Shown here piece by piece: positions 38,608 to 49,854 of a stretch of 64,000 bases of DNA; position 1 is the first letter of the stretch; the number at the start of each line of letters is the position of its first letter. This DNA is from Asterias rubens. Lineage: Eukaryota. The notes below the pieces were generated by a model that was not told where the DNA came from, did not search any database, and saw nothing but the letters and a program-made list of their open reading frames with translations. Where the stretch lies: contig NC_047074.1 in assembly GCF_902459465.1 (NCBI RefSeq), positions 13,764,001 to 13,828,000 on the forward strand, written 5' to 3'. The position numbers were made by a program, and so were the translations under genes.

Positions 38608-39477
38608 GTGGGGGATCGTCGCGAACCGTGCCGGAATGTTCCGAGAGCACACGAAAAGTTCCGAACCGCTGTAGAGGTTAGTTTTTAGTGCCTTCCTCGA
38701 AATACATGGGCCTGCATGCATGGCGCGCATGTACACGGACGGGTAGCTAACTTCGCTCCACTGCTACTCGCTGCAAAAAATAGCACAGCGGGACGGGAAG
38801 GGGAGGGGCAGAATGACTGAGCTTATTTAGAGCTTATTTAGTGGGGAGGTAAGAAAATAAAAAAAATAAAGAAATAAACAATCAGTGAAGCGGGCAAACA
38901 TAAACAAGAGTAAAATATTGTGAAATGATCCACCTAATATACCATCAATTCAATTCAATCAACATTTGTTTTCATATTTGGGAAAGAGAGAATAGTCAAC
39001 AAATGAAGTACAATTATATAAATTAAAAACAGTCAAGAGCTGGTCAAGAAAAAAAAATTAATGGAAATGAAATAAAAATAATAACTATATTTGGATACGG
39101 AGAAACCAACATGGGGGCTTTATGAGAGGCTTGTTTATCAGTGACAAAACAAAATAATTTACAGCAAAAACAGAAGCAACAAACAAACAAAACATTTAAA
39201 ATTTAACTCAAACTATCAATAATACTCACATTTAAAATCAAGGGCAATAAAATTTGAACTTTGGTCAGCGAAGTTGCAATAGAAAAATGAAAGAACAACC
39301 ACCCTTGTTGCACTTTGTGTGCTTTCAGATGCCTAATAAAAAGGCTTCAGGCCTGAAGTCTTTTAATATTTGAGTGAGAAACGACTTCTCTCAAAAACTA
39401 TACGTTACTTCACAGGTTTCTCATGAATGTTTGTTTTACTATCCAACAGCCTCCATTGCTCGATAACATGCCAACAA

Positions 39478-39621
39478 TGGGAGACTTTTGAACGCTAGGT
39501 GGCAGCAGACTTACCAGGTAAATTTCCATTGTTAACGTAGTTCTGAGCCTGCGCACATGACAGAGAACAATGGATTTTACCCGGTAAGTCTGCTGCCACC
39601 AAGCGTCCCAAAAGTCTCCCA
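39478..39621. mobile_element. Small MITE (TGGGAGACT...AGTCTCCCA)
   Basis: Long TIRs including ggtggcagcagacttacc / ggtaagtctgctgccacc. An interrupted relative lies at ~43615-43905. Confidence 0.75.
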
Positions 39622-40315
39622 TTATTTTGAGTAATTAGTGCCAGTCTAGCTATTATACTACTTACTCTACTCATGGAGGCTCTACCTATGCTCTACTACT
39701 ACTACTAGACATCGTCCGTAAGGTTTCAAAATAATTTTAACAGTAACACCTCATTGTGTAATATTTTTCTGGAAAATGTTGACAATGAATTATGATATAT
39801 TTTAAAGAATTATGTTGAGTATCGCAAAGTATACAACATGACTACATAATAGATAAGACCTTCCCCGGTGTGCTTGTTCAACTCGTTTTTAGCGTGGTCT
39901 TTGAAAGGAGTTTGCAATGGGTAGAAAGACGTTGTAAAATAGAATACAGTGATCCTCAAAAAAAGAAAACACGCCTCGAAATTGCACGGTTTTCATTTTA
40001 CCTCTTCGACTAACACGGTCGGCCATTTATGGAAGTCAAATTTGTGACTCCCATAAAATGGCCGACCGTGTTAGTTCGCAAAGTAAAAGAAAATCACGCA
40101 ATTTCGAGGCAAATTTGTGTGGATCATATTGTATTCTACTTTTATAACATCTTTCCAACAATTGCATTTTATAACAAACGGTTATAAACGCTTTTTATAA
40201 ACCAACTCGTGGGAACTTCAACATAGCCATAGGCCAATTTGAGCCTAAATGCACTTATACGTGACTGTGTCTATAATATCAAATTTGAACATTGATAAGG
40301 TCTAGCTACGGGCTT

Positions 40316-43300
40316 TTACTCTACTAGACTGAGATAATTTCTACATCTTCCTTTTGGTTTCAAAGTGACTTGATCTAAGATGCCATATCCCTGTCCAGGT
40401 ACAAGGTCAAAGGTGAACTTGTGGAGCAGTCTAGCGAGCAGTACACGAGCCTCAATCTATAAAAAGTAAAAAATTAAAAAATTAAATAAAATAAAAATTA
40501 AATTCTCATTATTGAGATGTGTAGTTGAACCCATTATGAACATATGTGATTTTGAACACAAAGGACACAATAATATGTGGGTGTTAAGAGCAACAGACTA
40601 AAACTATGATGTTTCTGTAGAGTGTGGGTCAGAGTCCCAGACGTGACACATGTGTCCTTAAATACACTTAACTATGATGCTGCGTCCTTCGGATAGGACG
40701 TAAAGCCGTTGGTCCCGTGTGTTGTTTAACGCACGTAAATGACCTATACATTGCACTTGTCATAAAGAGAAGGGGTTTGCCCGGTGTTCCTGGTTTGATT
40801 GACAGCATATTGTGCCCCAGTTGTAAACCATTACAAGGTGCTAGAGGTAGGTCTCATAATTCAAACGCAAGTCCCACGTTGCATGAAAATACTTACTATT
40901 ATTCCTAGAGCGTCACTGAGTGGTGGATATGAGCGCTTTATTTTGAAGCCACTATTATTAATATTATACCATATTATTGTAAATTATGACCATATAGTTT
41001 ACAGAATCAGTTTCTCACCAATGCAAACTGTTTACCGATACAGGAACGCGTTCCAGACGAAAAAGGAAAATACGTGTACTCCATTCTGAAAACAAAAAGA
41101 TAAATTACATCACATATACTTCTTGCTCAATTAGTCATCAAAATTGCAAGAAGATAATGAAAAAAGAAAAGAAAAAACCTTGTTGCACAAATTCCCGTAC
41201 TTTCAGATGCATAATAAAAGGCTTTTGGCCCACAGTTAATTAATATTTCCTCTTTCTCAAAAACTACGTTCTTCGGCGGGAGCCGTTATACTCGCAATGT
41301 TGTATACATGATTAACAGCCCGTTGCTTGTTACAAAGCAAGTTCCCCATTGCTCGTTACCAAGTGCTTTATTTAAAACAGGTAATCCAAAACCGTCTTTT
41401 AAACAAAATATACTCCTCTTACATGTTTGCACCAGCCATGAAGCGATCGGGATCAAACTTCATCGGGTCAGGAAAATACTCTTCCATTTTCGCCATATGC
41501 GAGGTCACCTTTAAGACCAAAGACAAAAAACAGCAGCTTTAGTAAATCAAATAGTGCCGCCCTCCTCCCAAAGGTGCCTTCTTCCCGAGTTGCCCTGTTC
41601 CCGAGGTGCCCTCTTCCCCGTTGTTCCATCTTCCCATCAGGGCATGCCCTCTTCCAGATGCGCCCTCTTCCCAGGGCATGCCCTCTTCCCAAAGGAGCCC
41701 TCTTCCAAACGGTGCCCTCTTCCCAAGGTGCCCTCTTCCCAAGGTGCCCTCTTCCCAAGGTGCCCTCTTCCCAAGATGATGCCCTCTTCCCGATGTGCCC
41801 TCTTCCCAAAGGTTCCCTGCTCCTGAAATGCCCTGTGCCCGAGGTTCCCGAGGTGCCCTGTTCATGAAGTGCCCTATTTCCGATGTGCCCTCTCCCGGAA
41901 ATGCCCTCTTATGTCCTCTCTTCCTAAGAAGTGGCCCTCATCCCAGCCTGAATAGTATTAAATAAACCAAAATAAAATTCTTTCGGTCTCTTTAAAGATA
42001 CAAGCCACCAATTATCGACTACTAATTACCCCTACTACAGCTCCTTTTGGTATCTTGTAACCTTTGACCTCTATATCATGAGCGAGCTCACGTAAGGTGC
42101 CGCTGACTGGAGACCACAACCTCAGAGTTTCTTTCAAAACCTAAAAATATAAACAACAATCTCTATAAATAACGTCATGATACTTTAATCAAAGCCATTG
42201 GATGACCCAGAAGAACTGGTAGTTGGGGGCAAATCTTTTTAACAAGAAGTCCCCTCGACCCACTAAAGTTAATAAAGTCCCTGCCGATGTTTTGTCTTCC
42301 TTTCCCAGTAATTAAAAGCAGGACATTTCAGAACTGAGAAGTCTCTCGAATTCCGAAAATCTAATCCACGGTAGAATCACAAGATGCCTACAGGAAGAAA
42401 GTTCTCAAAAGAACAATAATCTGCCTGCAGCAGATACACATAAATGCATGGTGTTACCGCAAACCAATATCATCAATCCCTTACATTGAACTAATCAAGG
42501 GAATTACCGTAAAAAATTCTCAAATTAGTTGAACGAACCTGCATCATGTACCCGAGTTTGCCAACATCAGAAGACTTAAGCTGATCATTATCTCCCATTA
42601 CGGCATCTACTTCAGTTCTCACTCTGAGAGATTAATCATAATCATAAAACCAAGAGACTGTTCCTTTGAGTAAGGAGAAACTGTGGATAAGGCGACTTCA
42701 GATCAGGGCCCAATTTCATAGAGCTGCTAAGCACACAAATTTGCTTAGCATGAAATTTCTTCCTTGATAAAAACAGGATTACCAACCAAATTTCCATGTG
42801 TTGCATATTGCTTGTTGCTGGTACTCAGCTGTTGTTTGCTTATCCTGAAAATCACGTGGAAATTTGGTTGCTTAATCCTGTTTTATCAAGGAAGAAATTT
42901 CATGCTAAGCAAATTTTTATGCTAAGCAGCTCTATGAAATCGGGCCCAGACCATTCAACCCCGTGGTCTGAACATCCAGGAAGGGACTCAACCCTTTGTC
43001 TTTGCACAGATATCCGCTCCTCTTTAATCTGCCTCATTAACTAATTAATCACTTTTTCTCCCTCTTTCCACCCTTCATAAAAGTTATTGTCGTTTGTGTT
43101 TTCATCTCCTTGTGATCAAACCAGCCTCAAGCTTTCAATCCACCCCCTTTGACTCCCTATTCATTGTTTACCTCTTGGGGGCGTCTGTGTGCTTTCTGAC
43201 TATTTTTCAGCCTTTGAGAAAGACTCTGCTAACGTGTCGAAACATCAGACCATTAACTATTTTTTTTTTAATTAATACCATAAGTCCTCTTAGTTGTTAA

Positions 43301-46300
43301 GACGTTTGCAACAGCTAATTTTCTCAAAAAGATAAGCGGCAAGATTTGTGGAAATCACAAAATCACGTCTCGCCCCTCTTTTAATGAAACCTATTCCTTA
43401 ATAATATTGCTTTATACCTGTGCATAACTTCCGGATGGTTACCAAGTTCAAGCAAGCAGAAGCCGAGGAGATTGGAGGTAGTTTCCTGACCTAAAACATT
43501 AAATACCAAAATATTATATTCATAAATGATTCAATCAATCCATTAAATAAATAAATCAATCAATCAACAAAAAATCAATTCCAATATAGACCATAACTCA
43601 TTTAATACATCAATTGGGGACTTTAAGACGCTTGGTGGCAGCATACTTACCAAGTAAAATCCATTGTTCTCGTTAATGTTTGCATGCTCATAAAACTAGG
43701 GCCCTTTCGAAACCATGGCTTCGGCTTTGGATTCGGCTTGAGGCTCCGTCCTCTTGCCTGAAGCTTTGATCGCGTACGCAAAGCACGGGCATTGTCAAAA
43801 ACAACCGAGGGGCCGAGCTATGCCTAAGGCGAATCTAGAGCCAAAGCCGTGGTTTCGAAAAGGGCCTTGTTAAGTTTGCTGCCACCTTGCGTTCCGAAGT
43901 CCCCCCCCCCCCCCCATTGATCAACATAATGAAGACTCACCGGCAAAGAACAAAGTGACAAACTCATCCACAAGGTCCTCCATTTCGATTTCTTCAGCTC
44001 CATTTTGATAAGTTTCTCTCAAGATGTGAGTGAAGATATCATCATGTAACTCCTCATTGTTTCGTAGTTTCTGTAGTTTACCTTCGATGCACCTCCTCCC
44101 CGTCTCCCTGAGGAAGTTGATGGCATCTCGAACCTCTTGATGACTCTTACGGGCAGCTGGTAACATATTGTACTTGGTAAGGTAAACAAAAAAAACATAA
44201 ATGTAAATGCATAACTATATACACAAAACAATTCCCAATTTTTATAACTTTTTAAGCAAGTCGCCGGACACACAAGGCCTGTGTGGGCTACAATCAACTT
44301 CTTGTCTAGGGGCCGTTGTCACCTACCCCGAGGGCTACAACAGGGTTACCTTTTAACCCCTTTAAAATAAAATGTAAGTAACATCTACATTGTTTAGGGA
44401 TTTTGGAAACGAACCTCTTAATTCATAATTATCAACAATCCAGATGAACTTATAAATGATTTTTTTCTAGTCATACTTTATGGAAACTGATATATTGCCC
44501 ACCTTCTCTAGCGGCGAGTACAAATTTTCGGACAAACCGTCCAAACTCCGTCCTACTGCTTTGTTGAACGGTGCATTCTCGTCTAAAGTCGAGTTCAGAT
44601 CCATCCCAAAAGCCACCTGTTGGCAAATGTTGAAATAAATACTATTATCATGTTAAGTCATAAGCTTTATGAGTTCAACCTTGAGAGATACGAGCTCACA
44701 CCCTTTGTGAAGAAAGTTTGAGTATCATATTTACAAAAGCTGACAACAAAATTACGATACAAACGAACAATGCAATGACTCAGATACACAAGTAAATAAC
44801 ATCATGGCCTGATTAAACAAATAAATGGATTTCGAGTCTATTTTTGAACAGCTGAAGTGTGTAAGCTTCCTGGATGTTACAGGAAAGAAAATTCCAGAGC
44901 CGGGGATCGGCGGCTTAAAAGGCACGATCTCCGGTACGCGACTTAGTTTGGGGTGTGTAGACTAGTTGTGTCAAATGATGAGCGGGTGCCATAGAAAGAA
45001 ATGTTGAAAGAAATTAAATATTGAAGATATGAAGAGGCCATAGAGTTGACACAAAGGTAGACAATGACAAGAAGTTTGAAATTTACGTGGGCTCCAAATG
45101 GTAGCCAATGAAGGCGACGTATCAACGGTGCGCTCGGACGGTCACGAGCAACGAGACAAGTCAGTCTCTGGCAGCCCTGTTTTGTAGCCTTTGCAGGCGA
45201 GTTAGGTCACCTCCATTGGCACAATAAACACTGTATTTTCAACTATTACAATGTAAAACTAATTAACAAAGCATCATTAAGTTAACACCATCGTTTTTAC
45301 ATAACAAAATATGCGATTCTTATTTTGAGTGTGTTACAAAATCTTACTTTGCCAATTACGTCGAGTGTTGTTCGGTCTAGTTCATCCAACATGGCGATCT
45401 CTGTCTTCCCATCAGCTTTATGGCTGAGTTTCTCAATAAGAAGATCTGCACTGGCATTAAACTGATCAACCAAAGTCACCAAATATCTGCAATTATTGTA
45501 ATTTGATTCTCGTTATAGTCTACTGTAAGCTCATTACATCTTCAAGCTGATGCTCATTGTCTACCAAGCTCTCCATCTACTGTATCTCATAACTACTTCA
45601 TTTCTACGCTCCGATCCATCAAGGAATCTTTGATCAAGTTCCATGCTTCTCCTCATGAACCCAAGTCTCGAAACACCTTGGGTGACATGTCTTTTTCTTC
45701 AGCCGCGCCACGCATCTGGAACTCTCCGTTTACCACAAAATTCAAATCTCTTCTCGAGACTTATCTTATGTCACAGGTTTTCAAGGACTAATTTAGTTGT
45801 GTCCGTTTCCCTTCGGGTTTGGTGTTTTTTTTTAATTTTTTTTTTACTGCGGCATATGGGAAGGGACTGGTGGCAAGTCTATACTTACTTTTGTTTGAAC
45901 ATTGGCGTGAACATAGCTCTTCTCTTCCCATGTTTAATTGGATCTCTTTGTGATATTAAACCACCACCAAGAAATCGAGCCCCGAATACTTCCTTGAATG
46001 CACTGTAAGTCCTTGAAGGTTTCCTATGTGGGCTGTCGAAAGAGAGAAGCTCCTAGTGAAAACAAAGGAACAAGAATTTGACTAAGCCCCTTGCATACGC
46101 CTCTCTTAATACTTATGCATGACGTCATAATTCTTACTCAAAATGAGGCTATGGGCGCACTTCCCCCATCACTTGCAGTGGCTGTGCCCATCGCCTCGTT
46201 TTGAGTTTAGCATGACGTACCTCATGCATACATATTAAGAGAGGCGTATTGGCCACCATCTTTGATGAAACTTGCACGCGTAAAAGGCTGTCATTGGCTG

Positions 46301-48921
46301 AGAGTTGTGCGCAGCGCGTACACGCGTGTAAATTTTCCATTGTTTTACATCAAAGATGGTGGTCGATGACGTAAAGTAATACCATGTGGGTCGATTTCAC
46401 AAAGCAATAAAACTCATCGCAAGACAAATTTTAGGTATCACCATTGTGATTTGTATTGTGACATCACACTTTTCTTAGCAACTACGATTGATTTGCAGTT
46501 ACGATCAATCTTAAATGTTTGTGAAATCGGCCCGTACTCTTGGCAGGAGCGTGTTTTGGCGACCATGACCAGAAACAAGTTTCTGACGTCAAATTCACTG
46601 ACCGAAACAATTTCAGAGAGCTTCGCGAAAACAGTTCATGACGTAAGTACATCTCTTGAAAATGTATGTATAGCCGTCATTTTATTATCAAGGAATGGAA
46701 CTTAGTCTTTGTAATTTTATCAACATTATTTAATTGTTATGCTTTAAAGTATTTCATTTTAAAAGAATTCCAGTACGTTTTCCGATAGTTTTTAGAGTCC
46801 GCCATCTTAAAACCAAGCCTAACCGAGCCAACAAGTCGGTTACGGTTTGGTCGGAACAGCGGTTCAACCGAACACGGGAAAACGCTCGACCAATGACCAA
46901 AGCTCAAACATGTTTCTGGTTAGGGTCGCCAAAACGCGCTCCTGGTGTCGTTTAGCATTGTCATTGTCTTCGTCGTCATCGCTAACGCCGTCGTTGGTAC
47001 CATGTCGCAACTTGGGCTAGTTCCGATTTACACCCTTTTCAGACAATCGCTCTCGAGTCGCGCCGAACTAAATTCTGACCTATTAACATGAAAAGATCGA
47101 CGTCTAAAACAGACGGAGCTAAGCAGGGCCCAAATTCATAGAGCTGCTAAGCACAAAAATTTGTTTAGCATGAAATTTCTTCCTTGATAAAAACAAGATT
47201 ACAAACCAAATTTTCACGTGATTTTCAGGATAAGCAAACAACAGCTGAATACCAGTAACAAGAAATATGAAACAAATGCAAATTTTGTTGGTAATCCTGT
47301 TTTTATCAAGGAATAAATTTCATGCTAAGCAAATTTTTGTGCTTAGCAGCTCTATGAAATTGGGCCCTGAATCCCAACCTAAGAGTTTGGGTTTCGGTTT
47401 ACATGTTTTTATTTATAACTAAGATTTTTTATGGTTGATGTTTTACCTTGACTCCATCAGGATGAAGTACCGTCACACTATGCAACCAAAAGATGAACAT
47501 CACGTACACCGGCCCGCATTCATTCGCCCTAAAAATTAAATGATTTCAATTGTTGTTTATTAAAGTCCCATAATATCTCCCACCACTCTTCAGTCTCCTG
47601 AAGATGACTAGAGCAAGCTAGTCGAAACGTTGAGACAAATTAAGAACTCACTCCGCGGTAGGGAAGTTTGTAGCGAGAAGTCACCCTCGATCAAATAAAG
47701 CTAAAAGATAGTCCCGGCCGATTTTCTACCTTCCGCCAAGTTTCAGAACTGAGAGGTCTCCCAAATTCCGAAAATCTACTCTGCGGATAGAATTTAGCGC
47801 CAAACAAGTTCCCTACCTGGCAAGTAGGTATCCACACATGGTGTTAGTGCAACCCAAATTGATACCTTGCCATGCAATGCCTCAAATTCTTCAATCCCAT
47901 AATGATAAACTACAGATATATCAGAGTTGTAAATACAATATTGATTATTATTTTATTATACTCACATGTCAAGAAGCACTTCCACAATGGGTTGATCACG
48001 TTTCTTGTATTCTTGGAATCTTACCGCATGTCCAACAAAAAACCTGAACCAAAAAATTCCACAATTAAAAAATATTCATACAAAGTGTACATAAATGTAT
48101 ACGTGTTATGCCTCTGAAGAAGCTCCGGTTTGGATCGAAAGCTAAAGGCCATCAATTTACATAAATAGTTGCTATCGGTGGAACAATTATTATTGTGCCG
48201 AAACGGTTATATAAGGCACTGGACACTATTGGTTATGGGATGTATTTAAAGAAGCACGTTGACTTGGATCGGTCGAGTTGGTCATTAAAAAGTGTTTGTA
48301 ACTGCTCGTTATAAAATGCTGCGGTTAGAAAGTTTATTTAAAAGTAGAATACGAAATTGCGTGGTTTTCCTTTTACTTTACGAACTAACACGGTTGGCCA
48401 TTTATGGGAGTCCAAAATTTGACTCTCGTATATACATGGTTAACCGTGTTAGTCGACGAGGTAAAGGAAAACCACGCAATTTCGAGTGATACTTGTGTGG
48501 ATCATTGTATTTCACTTTTAAATCATCTTTCTAATCATATGCATTTTTTAACAAACAGTTACAAACACTTTTCAAAGACCAACTCGACCGATCCAAGGCA
48601 ACGTGTTCCTTTAACGGACATTGTGTGTCTCGTCTCAGTCCCAATGCAGATTGCATTCCGTACCGATGGAAATGCATGTACATAACTATTTATTATTGAT
48701 AAATATTGAGCTAAAATCAGATGAACATTGATGAACAGATTGGGGAATGTTTCTGTTACTTACCCGTCCATCTTTGGTGATGGAATATGAGCAAATCTAC
48801 GATGCTGATAATGAATATACATCACCGCCACAAGAAATAAACATCCAAGAAGTGAGACCAGTAACAGACAACTGTAAACCAGCAAACATGCAACAGGTGT
48901 ATTGCAAAGCTCGGTCGCCAT
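40316..48921 (-). CDS. CYP46A1: Cytochrome P450, CYP46A1 (cholesterol 24-hydroxylase)-like, 13 exons, ~509 aa
   Basis: Exons: 48921-48764, 48043-47966, 47528-47447, 46052-45889, 45486-45348, 44616-44503, 44172-43941, 43490-43418, 42623-42539, 42140-42030, 41508-41423, 41085-41019, 40456-40316; 1530 nt. N-terminal TM anchor, I-helix FFAGQETT, K-helix ETLR, PDRF and heme signature FSSGTRSCIG. Overall resemblance to CYP46; exact orthology is not established. Confidence 0.92.
40575..40965 (+). mobile_element. Near full-length tRNA-head SINE with a Deu-domain-like centre and L2/CR1-like tail
   Basis: cttcggataggacgtaaagccgttggtcc...gcactt...aagagaaggggtttgcccggtgttcctgg resembles the Deu domain; ends in gagcgcttt...tattatt. 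Confidence 0.65.
41570..41935. repeat. Degenerate 16 bp minisatellite (GGTGCCCTCTTCCCAA) in a CYP46 intron
   Basis: About 20 recurrences of gccctcttcc. Confidence 0.9.
42707..42946. mobile_element. Harbinger-type MITE (CAG TSD)
   Basis: TIR ggcccaatttcatagagctgctaagca; an inverted sister copy lies at 47127-47366. Confidence 0.85.
43700..43866. mobile_element. GGCCCTTTCGAAACC MITE nested in a TGGGAGACT-family MITE
   Basis: TIRs ggccctttcgaaacc / ggtttcgaaaagggcc; host halves at ~43615-43699 and ~43867-43905; relative at ~53437-53605. Confidence 0.7.
44790..45230 (-). mobile_element. L2-like LINE 3' remnant
   Basis: Translates to RLHWLP..VNFKLL..VY.C.NSMA.SYL and SRTGDRAF...PRLWN, the L2/CR1 reverse-transcriptase tail. 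Confidence 0.7.
45520..45800 (+). mobile_element. L2-like LINE 3' remnant
   Basis: Degenerate FKLMLIVYQALH...SRNTLGD.SFSSAAPRIWN...FKSLLETYL. Confidence 0.6.
46543..46946. mobile_element. MITE with ~40 bp TIRs (CAGGAGCG termini)
   Basis: gcaggagcgtgttttggcgaccatgaccagaaacaagttt vs aaacatgtttctggttagggtcgccaaaacgcgctcctgg. Confidence 0.6.
47127..47366. mobile_element. Harbinger-type MITE (CAG/CTG flanks)
   Basis: Reverse-complement sister of 42707-42946. Confidence 0.85.
47585..47790 (+). mobile_element. Penelope-like element LTR remnant carrying the hammerhead
   Basis: Related sequence recurs at ~3295-3440, ~42230-42365 and, rearranged, at ~56575-56730. The hammerhead-with-palindrome architecture is typical of Penelope-like LTRs. 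Confidence 0.6.
47593..47636 (+). ncRNA. Minimal type I hammerhead ribozyme motif (Penelope-associated, short palindromic stem III)
   Basis: GTCTC-CTGAAGA-T-GACTAG-agcaag-CTAGTC-GAAA-CG-T-T-GAGAC: perfect stems I and II, core CUGANGA and GAAA, palindromic ACGT. Confidence 0.75.
48250..48610. mobile_element. TTAA-flanked palindromic MITE (AGGAACACGTTGCC family)
   Basis: TTAA at 48246-48249 and 48611-48614; aligns with 4958-5321. Confidence 0.8.
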
Positions 48922-49480
48922 TTTGCTTTTACAGGGCCCAAGTGGTCACAACAGCAATGTTTTAGTTCTGCGAACTGTTCTTATATGCTCATGAATTGCA
49001 CACGTTCTGATAGATGCATTCAATGCATAAAATATGATTAGATAAGAGTCAGTTCTGCGAACTTCAGCTTCTACATGTATTTATTGGTAATAATTGAACA
49101 CGTGGAGACTCGTTCGTTGCACAAAATGACAAAGCTGTTTTCAGTGTCAGTGTTCACCTGTCACGGGTTTGTCACGGGTTTAACCCGTCATTCTAGTTAT
49201 GTTGTCTGGTATTCAAGGCCAACACCGTGAAACCCCAACGTAGTGGTGTAGTGTAGGTTTTAATGTGCCGTTTTTACCTGTAGAGCCCAGACTATCGCCC
49301 TTTGTAGCATGGGCTTTGTTTGACCATTCCACATAACTAACGGGGGGGGGGGTGGGATATGGTGGCCCCGAAGGGACATCGCACATCGCATACGTGTGCG
49401 CACACGTATGCAATGTCGTGAAACAATTCGCGAATGTGTGCGCACACGTATGCAATGTCGTGAAAGGGCCACCATATTAA

Positions 49481-49854
49481 AGCCATTAGACCCTTTCGGT
49501 AAGCAGTGTTGTCCAAGGCCCACACTTTGTGTACCACAACTTCTATATCAAATAACAAACCTGTGAAAATTTAGGCTCAATCGGTCATCGGAGTCGGGAG
49601 AAAACAACGGAAAAACCCACCCTTGTTTCCGCGCGTTTCGCCGTGTCATGACATGTGTTTAAAATAAATCCGTAATTCTCGTTAACGAGAATTTATATTG
49701 TTTTGCTGTTTTCTCAAAAAGTAAAGCATTTCATGGAATAATATTTCAATAGAAGTCTTTCACCATTGCCTTCTGTAAACCCTGTAAGTTATTTGTAAAT
49801 CTGAGAACTGAGAAATCTGAGATTTTTTTTCTGAACCGAAAGGGTCCAATGGCT
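49481..49854. mobile_element. TTAA-flanked MITE (AGCCATT family)
   Basis: ttaa-agccattagaccctttcgg ... ccgaaagggtccaatggct-ttaa. Confidence 0.85.

Noticed and set aside
41468-41867. Four overlapping ORFs of 90-113 aa on both strands
   Set aside because: Stop-free because of the 16 bp GC-rich repeat; they lie inside a CYP46 intron.
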